Positions 56,939-64,000 of a DNA stretch of 64,000 nucleotides are shown here, one piece after another. The position numbers were made by a program, and so were the translations under genes. The DNA lies in assembly GCA_021775955.1 (NCBI GenBank), contig JAJFGU010000016.1, positions 4,721 through 68,720 of the forward strand, in the 5' to 3' direction. The DNA comes from Alphaproteobacteria bacterium. GTDB taxonomy: Bacteria; Pseudomonadota; Alphaproteobacteria; Micavibrionales; Micavibrionaceae. Position 1 is the stretch's first letter. Every line of letters begins with the position of its first letter. The notes under the pieces are model-generated. The model ran no database searches, was not told where the DNA came from, and was given only the letters and a program-made list of their open reading frames with translations.

Positions 56939-57499
56939 ATGTTTATACAAACCGAAGAAACACCAAACCCGGCGACGATGAAATTCCTGCCTGGTCAAGA
57001 GGTCTTAAAAAGCGGCACGGCCGAGTTTACGTCTGTGGAAGAGGCAGATGCTTCGCCGCTGGCGCAAAGGCTTTTCGGGCTGCAAGGCGTTGCACGGGTC
57101 TTTTTTGGAACAGATTTCGTCTCGGTCAGCAAATCTGATGACACCGACTGGTCAGTGCTGACGCCGATGGTGCTGGGGGCGCTGATGGAGCATCTTTCGA
57201 CCGGGCAGCTTATCATCAATGAAGAACAGAGTTCTGGTGAGGTTGCCGGTGAGGAAGATGACGAGATTACAGCGCAGATTAAAGAGCTCATCGAAGAGCG
57301 TGTACGTCCTTCGGTGATGATGGATGGTGGTGATATTGTTTTTGAGCGATTTGAAGACGGGGTGGTGTTTTTGAAAATGCAGGGCGCCTGTTCGGGTTGT
57401 CCCAGCTCGACCGCGACACTCAAGGACGGCATCGAAAATATGCTCAAGCATTTTATTCCCGAGGTGGAAGAGGTGCGTCCGGTTGAGGATGCGTATTAG
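56939..57499 (+). CDS. NifU-like Fe-S cluster scaffold/carrier (Nfu_N + NifU C-terminal domain)
   Basis: MFIQTEETPNPATMKF (Nfu_N) and MDGGDIVF......V.L.M.GACSGCPSS (CxxC). Confidence 0.9.
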   Translation: MFIQTEETPNPATMKFLPGQEVLKSGTAEFTSVEEADASPLAQRLFGLQGVARVFFGTDFVSVSKSDDTDWSVLTPMVLGALMEHLSTGQLIINEEQSSGEVAGEEDDEITAQIKELIEERVRPSVMMDGGDIVFERFEDGVVFLKMQGACSGCPSSTATLKDGIENMLKHFIPEVEEVRPVEDAY

Positions 57500-58550
57500 T
57501 ATTAACCAATAACATTCCGAACCAGCGCCAGACCGGCGTTTCATCGTGCTCAGTATCCGGGCCGGGCATGGTGCAGTTGACGCGAATTCTGTCATTTGCA
57601 AAGGGCTCGGGCGTTCTGAGCTCAACCCGGTTGCCGCCGACGATATCCAGCACGGTGTCTTTCTGGCCGGAAACAAAGCAGGACAGGTTTGCAATATCTT
57701 TCATCAGATCGGGCTCTACAGAAAAGCCGATCCCTTGCGTGCTACCCGTTAAATGCGGGTCCTCCGGCTCTATATCTGTGACCGGAAGCGGCAGGGCCCT
57801 TGTAACTAGGCGGAAGCGCTCCGTGTCGCCATAGCTTTCCGTCATGGTAAAGCGCGGCAGGGTATAGAGATCGTGTCCGGCATAAGCCACGCCCGATTGC
57901 AACCCAAACCCAGCTATAAAACCCTGGCTTTTGACGATCTCCCTGTATTGCAGATTATATTCGCCAAAAGGATAGGAGAAGAATTGCGGCTGCGCGCCAA
58001 AATGGTTTTGATGCGCGCTGCGGGCCTTGTTGATCTGGCGTAGTATTTCTTCTCTTGGCGCCTCAGAGAGCCGTGTATAGCTGGCGGGAAGGACACCGAA
58101 ATTAACCAGCGGGTTTTTCTTCAGGTTTTTTAAATTCTTCCAACTTAAATATTGAGATAAATCGCCATCAGCCTGATCGCTTGCGTAGAAAATTGTAAAA
58201 GGCAGTCCCTTTTTCAAAAGCAGCGGCAGCGCGTGGTCAAGAATGGAGCGATAACCGCCTTCAAAAGTAATGGCAACGCTATAGGGCGGCAGTTTTTTGT
58301 TGTTTTGGATTGCCTGGACGATATCGGCCAGGGCCATGACGTGGTAGGTGCCGCTTGTCAGCTCGTGGATATGGTCTTCGAACTGTGCCGTTCTTATATT
58401 GGTGTCCGGGTACTGGTCTTCGCCGATACGGTGATAGGCGAGAATAACGGCAGCGCTGGAATCAGCGCCTATGGTTTGAGCTGAAAACGCAGGGCTTTGC
58501 GGCCAGAAAACGAAGCAAAACGCAGTTATAAAGGCAAGATAGGGTTTCAT
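57453..58550 (-). CDS. Secreted polysaccharide deacetylase family protein
   Basis: From the ATG at 58550 there is a signal peptide MKPYLAFITAFCFVFWPQSPAFSA. ILAYHRI and ITFEGGYRS resemble the NodB/PgaB-type domain. The 3' end overlaps the nfu end by 47 nt. Confidence 0.7.
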   Translation of the reverse strand: MKPYLAFITAFCFVFWPQSPAFSAQTIGADSSAAVILAYHRIGEDQYPDTNIRTAQFEDHIHELTSGTYHVMALADIVQAIQNNKKLPPYSVAITFEGGYRSILDHALPLLLKKGLPFTIFYASDQADGDLSQYLSWKNLKNLKKNPLVNFGVLPASYTRLSEAPREEILRQINKARSAHQNHFGAQPQFFSYPFGEYNLQYREIVKSQGFIAGFGLQSGVAYAGHDLYTLPRFTMTESYGDTERFRLVTRALPLPVTDIEPEDPHLTGSTQGIGFSVEPDLMKDIANLSCFVSGQKDTVLDIVGGNRVELRTPEPFANDRIRVNCTMPGPDTEHDETPVWRWFGMLLVNTNTHPQPDAPLPPRE

Positions 58551-58608
58551 GAGCGCGAATATAGCGTATAAAAGGCTGAAATTCATAGAAAGAAAAAGGA
58601 TATAGAAA

Positions 58609-59205
58609 ATGAGCGAGCCAAAAATACTCGATGATGAAGCGCTGGATACTTTGTTCCGCGAGGCCAGAACCCATAACGGCTGGCAGGATAAAGAGGTCAC
58701 CGATGTTATGCTTCAGGCTGTTTATGATCTGACGAAATGGGGTCCAACCAGCATGAATTGCTCGCCGATGCGGGTTTTGTTCATCAAATCACCGGAAGCT
58801 AAAGAGCGCCTCAAGCCGCATATGGCGGGTGGCAATGTCGATAAGACTATGGCGGCGCCGGCAACGGCGATTATCGCCAATGATCTGACGTTCTATGAAC
58901 CGATGTCGAAATTATTCCCTCATGCCGATGCCAAAGCCATGTTTGAAGGTAAGGATGACGCCATTATGGAGACGGCTTTGCGCAACGGTACGCTGCAGGG
59001 CGGTTATTTCATTCTGGCGGCAAGATCACTGGGGCTTGATTGCGGGCCGATGTCGGGCTTTAACGCCGATGGCGTGAAGGATGAGTTCTTTGCCGATCAG
59101 AATGTGAAGGTGAATTTCCTGTGCAATCTTGGCTATGGCGATCCTGAAAAACTGTACCCGCAAGGGCCGCGCCTTGATTTTGACGAGGCGTGTAAAATTC
59201 TCTGA
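58609..59205 (+). CDS. Nitroreductase family protein (RutE/malonic semialdehyde reductase-like)
   Basis: ARTHNGW, KWGPTSMNCSPMR and LGLDCGPMSGF. 198 aa. Confidence 0.8.
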   Translation: MSEPKILDDEALDTLFREARTHNGWQDKEVTDVMLQAVYDLTKWGPTSMNCSPMRVLFIKSPEAKERLKPHMAGGNVDKTMAAPATAIIANDLTFYEPMSKLFPHADAKAMFEGKDDAIMETALRNGTLQGGYFILAARSLGLDCGPMSGFNADGVKDEFFADQNVKVNFLCNLGYGDPEKLYPQGPRLDFDEACKIL

Positions 59206-59918
59206 TGTCTGGTTTGTCGAAAGTTCTGGCGCTTGATACGGCTCTGAATGGCTGCTGTGTGTGCGTGTATGACCGGGAAAGCGCGCAGGCATCTTCACGC
59301 ATGGAGCCCATGATCCGCGGGCAGTCCGAAGCGCTGGTGCCGCTTATTCAGGACGCCATTAAAGACTCCGGTTTTGGTTTCGACGATATCGATTTGATTG
59401 TGACCACAAGAGGGCCGGGGGCGTTTACAGGGTTGCGCATCGGATTGTCGACGGCCAAATCGCTGGCGCTGGCGCTAGATATTCCTCTTGTAGGGCTGAC
59501 AACGCTGGAGATTCTGGCGCGGCAATATCTTGCAGAAAAAGATCTGACGAAAGGGCAGGCTTTGGCCGCGCTGATCGAAACCAAGCGTGAGGATTTTTAT
59601 GTTCAGCTTTTTGATGGAAGCGCCGCGCCGCTATCGGAGCTGCAGGCTATTGGCGGGGAAGAAATACTGGAGCAGATAGGCTCTGACTCTGTTGTGATGG
59701 TCGGTGATGCTGTTGAACGATTTTCAGAGTATGCTTTGCCCGAGAGCGTTTCTTTGCATGAAATCAAACTGATTGATCCGGAATTGATAGCAAAGATGGG
59801 CTTTGAGGAATTTTCAAAGAAAACAGCAAATACAAACGCCACTGTAGAGCCTTTATACTTGCGTTCGCCCGATGTCAGTCAGCCGAAAACGCCGCCGCGT
59901 ATCCTTGCCGGGTCTTGA
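59205..59918 (+). CDS. tsaB: tRNA threonylcarbamoyladenosine biosynthesis protein TsaB
   Basis: VLALDTA, RGPGAFTGLRIGL and PLVGLTTLE. The ATG overlaps the previous stop (TGATG context). Confidence 0.9.
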   Translation: MSGLSKVLALDTALNGCCVCVYDRESAQASSRMEPMIRGQSEALVPLIQDAIKDSGFGFDDIDLIVTTRGPGAFTGLRIGLSTAKSLALALDIPLVGLTTLEILARQYLAEKDLTKGQALAALIETKREDFYVQLFDGSAAPLSELQAIGGEEILEQIGSDSVVMVGDAVERFSEYALPESVSLHEIKLIDPELIAKMGFEEFSKKTANTNATVEPLYLRSPDVSQPKTPPRILAGS

Positions 59919-60076
59919 GCTCAGACTAATAAAAACCCGTAATACTTGTGTTTTTTGAATAGTTCTCTTGTTTTTAACAAGGGTAACAACTATTTATATT
60001 GCATATCTCTTTAATACAGGGCTAGAATAAAAATACATCTTTTAAAGTAATAACGAGTTAGGGGTTAGGTGATTTC

Positions 60077-60481
60077 ATGTCTGAGCAAACAAGTCGTGAA
60101 GATTTACTCGCTTTAACAACGGAAATTGTTTCTGCGTATTTATCAAGTAATACCGTTTCAACCGGAGAGATTCCGGGGGTTATAGAACAGGTTTATAAAA
60201 CATTATCCGGTCTGGATGGAGAGACGGGCATAGCGGCGGATCGTCCGCAACCGGCCGTGCCGATCAAGCGCTCGATTACTCCGGATTATATTGTCTGTCT
60301 GGAAGATGGTAAGAAGCTTAAAATGCTGAAACGTCACCTGAAAACAGCCTACGGGATGAGCCCGGAAGATTATCGCGAGCGCTGGGGCCTTCCCGCCGAT
60401 TATCCGATGGTTGCACCAAGCTATGCCGCGCGCCGCAGTAAGTTGGCGAAAGACATAGGCCTTGGCACCAAGGGTCGTTAA
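60077..60481 (+). CDS. mucR: MucR/Ros family zinc-finger transcriptional regulator
   Basis: ITPDYIVCLEDGKKLKMLKRHLKTAYGMSPEDYRERWGLPADYPMVAPSYAARRS is the canonical Ros/MucR core. Confidence 0.9.
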   Translation: MSEQTSREDLLALTTEIVSAYLSSNTVSTGEIPGVIEQVYKTLSGLDGETGIAADRPQPAVPIKRSITPDYIVCLEDGKKLKMLKRHLKTAYGMSPEDYRERWGLPADYPMVAPSYAARRSKLAKDIGLGTKGR

Positions 60482-60491
60482 GACTTTTCAG

Positions 60492-61277
60492 TTATTTTAG
60501 GCTAGCTGTTAGCTCAGGGCTGCTTTCATGCACGAAGGCTTCAAACACTTTCTTTACAGGGTGGTTAGGATTTTCTTTGAGGAGCAGTTCAGGGTGGAAC
60601 TGAACCGCCAGATTGAAGGCGGGGTAGTCTTTCAACTCTATCGCTTCAATGGTTCCATCAGGCGAGCGCGCACTGACAATAATTTGATCAGTGGTGGTTT
60701 CAAGCCCCTGCGTATGCATATGATTGACTTCAAGCTTTTTCATTTCCCCGGCAGGGATAACGTCGGAAGGGCTAGAAAAAATCTTGTCCATTCTGGTGTT
60801 TTGAACAATGTCGATCTTGTGTTTTTCACCTTTATTGTGTGTAAGAGAGGCAGGGTGGTCCCTATGGATATCGCTTGTAAGTTTGCCGCCATGCATAACG
60901 CCCAGAAGCTGAAAGCCGCCGCAGATAAGGAAAAGAGGTTTTCCTTTCTCCATAAACTTTTTTGTAATACTCATTTCAAACTTGGTGCGTTCGGGAGCCG
61001 GCACAAACTGGGAAGCATTGCCATCGACATAAGCTTCTGGGGAAAGGCCGTGATCGGAACCGATTAACATGAGGCCGTCCAGACCCTCTAGTGATTTATC
61101 TTCCAGCCACGCATCATCATAGGTAATTAGTATTGGAAGGCCGCCAGCGTTGGAAATTGCTTTTGAATAACCATCAGGAATAAGGAAGCGCTGGTTTTCT
61201 TTTTCGCTTTTGCCGTAGAAATCACTGGCCAGGCCCATGACAATGCCAATTTTTGGCCGTTTTTTTTGCTCAGTCAT
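60492..61277 (-). CDS. Class I glutamine amidotransferase / peptidase C26 (gamma-glutamyl-GABA hydrolase-like)
   Basis: Nucleophile elbow LICGGFQLL and the VQFHPE histidine motif. Confidence 0.8.
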   Translation of the reverse strand: MTEQKKRPKIGIVMGLASDFYGKSEKENQRFLIPDGYSKAISNAGGLPILITYDDAWLEDKSLEGLDGLMLIGSDHGLSPEAYVDGNASQFVPAPERTKFEMSITKKFMEKGKPLFLICGGFQLLGVMHGGKLTSDIHRDHPASLTHNKGEKHKIDIVQNTRMDKIFSSPSDVIPAGEMKKLEVNHMHTQGLETTTDQIIVSARSPDGTIEAIELKDYPAFNLAVQFHPELLLKENPNHPVKKVFEAFVHESSPELTASLK

Positions 61278-61339
61278 ATAAAAAAACTCCTATTTAGTTG
61301 GTGAAAGGAGTATAGCAGAATACATTGTTTATGTAAAAT

Positions 61340-62155
61340 TTATGAAGAGCTCAGCTCTTTACTTCTCTCGGTGGCAAGTTTAACGGCTTGTTTTAAAAGG
61401 GATTCTAGCTCCCCGTTCATTAAAATTTCCAGTGCGGCGGTGGTGGTGCCGCCGGGGCTGGTGACGTTTTCGCGCAATTGTGCGGCGGAAGTATCCGCCT
61501 CCTGCTCAGCCAACGCGGCGCTGCCGATCACGGTCTGGCGGGCTAAATTCATCGCCATGTCAGCACTCAAGCCCTGTGTTTCTCCGGCTTTGGCCAGAAG
61601 TTCTATCAATAAAAACACATAGGCCGGGCCACCGCCCGACAGGGCGGTAACGGCATCCATCAGGGTTTCGTCTTCGATCCACTCAACCACGCCGGAGGAG
61701 GAAAGAAGGCTTTTGGCGGTTTCCTTCTGCGTGTCACTGACATGATCATTGGCGCAAAGAACGCTGATGCCTTTGCCAATAGCGGCGGGCGTGTTGGGCA
61801 TAGCGCGGATGATAGCGCGGTTTTCACCAAAGCGCGTTTCAAAGGAGGCAATCGTCTGACCGGCGGCGATAGATAAGATCAACGCGTCTTCCGGAATGAC
61901 AGGCTTAATCTGCTCGCAGGCTTTGTCCATGATTTGCGGCTTCACCGCCAAAACAACCGCGTTGGCACTTTTAAGCGCATCATCGGCCTCCGCTGCGCTG
62001 GTGTAATGCGTCACTTTGGGATGGGAGATGATGTCCTGTGCCTGCGGGTCTAAAACGGTGATGAATTGAATGTCGGGGTTTTCGCTCCAGCTTTTGAGCA
62101 AAGCGCTGCCCATTTTGCCGCAACCGATTAATGCCAGGGAGGTTATGCTGCTCAT
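61340..62155 (-). CDS. proC: Pyrroline-5-carboxylate reductase
   Basis: IGCGKMGSAL, RAMPNTPA, SGGGPAYVF and SPGGTT. Confidence 0.95.
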   Translation of the reverse strand: MSSITSLALIGCGKMGSALLKSWSENPDIQFITVLDPQAQDIISHPKVTHYTSAAEADDALKSANAVVLAVKPQIMDKACEQIKPVIPEDALILSIAAGQTIASFETRFGENRAIIRAMPNTPAAIGKGISVLCANDHVSDTQKETAKSLLSSSGVVEWIEDETLMDAVTALSGGGPAYVFLLIELLAKAGETQGLSADMAMNLARQTVIGSAALAEQEADTSAAQLRENVTSPGGTTTAALEILMNGELESLLKQAVKLATERSKELSSS

Positions 62156-62177
62156 GAAAATACCTTCCCAAAGGGGC

Positions 62178-62690
62178 TTAGGATTCCCCGGCTGTTTCCA
62201 TCAGGGCCAGTGACAGGCTTTCATCGTTGGTGTCATTGGCGGCAGAGAGAAGATAGAAGACGGGGTAATAGCGCTCGCACTGTGCCAGAGAAATATCCAT
62301 CATGTCTTCGATATGTTCGGAGCCGGCGGTGTTGTTCATGCCACGGAAAAGGCAGGTATGGCGAAAGCTGGGAACGCCGCTATCCTTGGGCAAATCAAAA
62401 TGGCCCATCCAGAGATTTTCATTGAGGGCCATCAGGGCGGTGCCGGCTATTTCATAGCGCTTGGAAGGAATGTTCATGTCGTATTGACAACAAAACTGCA
62501 TCGCGTTCATGTCTTCCTGCCAGATAAAAAACAGACGGTAGCTGCACGACTTCCCGGCGACCTGAACCATAAGCTCATCATTGGTCATGCGGTTGAACAC
62601 CCAGTTATGGGCGGAGAGAATTTCCTCCACATTGTCGAGAGGGTTTTGGATATCTTCCAGTGTGTCCAATGTATCGAGTTCGGTTTTCAT
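62178..62690 (-). CDS. YbjN-domain protein
   Basis: 170 aa and acidic. The pattern (W.F.R....E......G....Y.L.F.W) and the position upstream of proC are as I remember for alphaproteobacterial YbjN-like genes. Confidence 0.6.
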   Translation of the reverse strand: MKTELDTLDTLEDIQNPLDNVEEILSAHNWVFNRMTNDELMVQVAGKSCSYRLFFIWQEDMNAMQFCCQYDMNIPSKRYEIAGTALMALNENLWMGHFDLPKDSGVPSFRHTCLFRGMNNTAGSEHIEDMMDISLAQCERYYPVFYLLSAANDTNDESLSLALMETAGES

Positions 62691-62947
62691 TTACGCTTCT
62701 TTGTCTTTATCTGCTCTTCAAGCGCTTCAATGCGCTTTGTTAAATCCTGCTGCTCTTCCCTGGCTTTGCCGAGCATCGCTTCCAGCCGTTCAAAGTCTTC
62801 GCGCGGCACAAGGTCGAGTCGGTCGGCGATTTCTTCAATCCTTGTGCGGATATCTTCTTTCGCCTGATGGCTGAACCCGCTTAGGACACTGACGGTTCCG
62901 CCAGCCACACGCGCAACGTCATCGAGTATTTTTTCTTTTACAATCAT
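62687..62947 (-). CDS. UbiK/BMFP family accessory factor (coiled-coil)
   Basis: From the ATG at 62947 the sequence is ...DLVPREDFERLEAMLGKAREEQQDLTKRIEALEEQ, typical of UbiK. Confidence 0.65.
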   Translation of the reverse strand: MIVKEKILDDVARVAGGTVSVLSGFSHQAKEDIRTRIEEIADRLDLVPREDFERLEAMLGKAREEQQDLTKRIEALEEQIKTKKRK

Positions 62948-63084
62948 AGTTTCGTGAGTCCCATAAGGCCGAGTCAGTACCATGGCAGGTGGGTGAAAAC
63001 AACCCCGTTTCATTAAGATTTATGTGGATATGTGGATGGGTTATGGGGCTTGGATAATTTATGAAATCACGATAAGAACATCTT

Positions 63085-63885
63085 ATGCTTTTTGAATTCC
63101 CCAATATCGATCCCATAGCCTTTTCCGTAGGCCCGCTGGCCGTGCGCTGGTACGCGCTGGCTTATATTGCCGGGTTTTTGCTTGGTTGGCGTTATTGTTT
63201 GTATCTGGCGGGGCTGAATAAAGATGTGCGGCCAAACAAAGAGGATATCGACGATTATTTCCCTTGGGCTATTCTCGGGGTTATTCTTGGCGGGCGCTTT
63301 GGCTATGTGCTGTTTTACCAGAGCGACCTTTATATGTCCGACCCTCTGGAGATATTTAAGCTCTGGCATGGCGGGATGGCGTTTCATGGCGGCGTGATCG
63401 GTGTGGTGGTATCGCTTCTGGCCTATAGCTATTACAAAAAGATCAATGTGTTCCGACTGGCCGATATGTATTCCTGCGCCGCGCCGCTGGGCGTATTTTT
63501 GGGGCGTATTACCAATTTTATCAATGGCGAGCTGTTCGGGCGCGTCACCGATATGCCCTGGGGGATTGTCTTCCCAAGAGGCGGAGAATTGCCGCGTCAT
63601 CCGAGCCAGATATATGAGTCCCTGATGGAAGGTCTGTTGTTGTTTCTTATTCTCGCGTTATTGGCACGCAAAGAAAGCATCCGTGAGCATCCTGGCATTT
63701 TATCCGGGGTGTTTCTTTTCGGCTATGGCGCGTTCAGAAGTATTGGAGAGCTTTTCAGAGAGCCGGATGATCATATTGGCTTCTTATGGGGCGGCACATC
63801 GATGGGGCAATTGCTCAGTATTCCGATGATGCTGGCGGGGCTGTTTCTGATTGTTTATGCTGTGCGGCATGAGCGAAAAACTTAG
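63085..63885 (+). CDS. lgt: Prolipoprotein diacylglyceryl transferase
   Basis: I.WY.LAY, LWHGGMAFHGG, GRI.NFINGEL.GR and HPSQIYE. Confidence 0.95.
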   Translation: MLFEFPNIDPIAFSVGPLAVRWYALAYIAGFLLGWRYCLYLAGLNKDVRPNKEDIDDYFPWAILGVILGGRFGYVLFYQSDLYMSDPLEIFKLWHGGMAFHGGVIGVVVSLLAYSYYKKINVFRLADMYSCAAPLGVFLGRITNFINGELFGRVTDMPWGIVFPRGGELPRHPSQIYESLMEGLLLFLILALLARKESIREHPGILSGVFLFGYGAFRSIGELFREPDDHIGFLWGGTSMGQLLSIPMMLAGLFLIVYAVRHERKT

Positions 63886-64000
63886 ATATTTTTTGCAGGG
63901 ACAAATCAAAGCCTCCGGGCCGATGACAATCAGTGCGTTCATGTCCCAGGTTCTGGGCCATCCCGAGCACGGCTATTATATGCGCCAGGACCCTTTTGGT
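63869..64000 (+). CDS. SAM-dependent methyltransferase, DUF185/NDUFAF7-like, N-terminal fragment
   Basis: Hand translation from the ATG at 63869 gives MSEKLRYFLQGQIKASGPMTISAFMSQVLGHPEHGYYMRQDPFG, matching the GPI....FM...L..P..GYY....FG start of this family. It overlaps the lgt end by 17 nt and runs off the window. Confidence 0.6.
   Translation, partial: MSEKLRYFLQGQIKASGPMTISAFMSQVLGHPEHGYYMRQDPFG

Overview
The window looks like an alphaproteobacterial chromosome, roughly 50% GC by eye. The lineage call rests on MucR/Ros, a TIGR02186-like membrane protein, NDUFAF3/6/7-type homologues, tRNA-Leu next to lipB, and a malic enzyme with a PTA-like tail. It is densely packed and mostly housekeeping: dxs, ispA, xseB, ispH, rnhA, a PBP1A-type PBP, mgtE, maeB, lipB, serS, pcm, an NlpD-like peptidase, yajC-secD-secF, sodB, trmFO, fdxA, cysK, an FNR, mutS, dut, coaBC, ubiE, murJ, trpS, nfu, tsaB, mucR, proC and lgt, plus two tRNAs. 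I found no CRISPR array, rRNA, integrase, IS element, prophage or recognisable defence or toxin-antitoxin system.

The most unusual content is non-coding.

1. **Phased word-triplet arms.** In gene-sense orientation, a short word ending in GTG is repeated 3-4 times at an 8-10 bp period. In most copies the last word is fused to GTGGTT, followed by an A/T hexamer. The start codon sits 10-13 nt after GGTT at 7 gene starts, and there is no Shine-Dalgarno. In three divergent spacers (ubiE-murJ, FGase-serS, sodB-NDUFAF6-like) two such arms face outward around GC hairpins, forming a dyad-symmetric cassette. The word differs between loci but is shared within a locus.
2. **Composite palindromic GTCATCCC...GGGATGAC elements.** One sits in-frame inside dxs, one supplies the last codons and stop of the FNR gene, and one supplies a start codon. 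Two long copies show compensatory stem changes.

Other points worth a second look:
- a tRNA-Leu whose hand fold gives anticodon AAG (A34);
- a secreted 894-aa coiled-coil protein in an operon with a vWA protein carrying a hexanucleotide microsatellite;
- an exported ORF wedged between secD and secF;
- AT-rich ORFans abutting the 3' ends of core genes;
- a FecR / alpha-beta hydrolase / FecR cluster.

All calls come from reading the sequence and from remembered family motifs. No searches were run.
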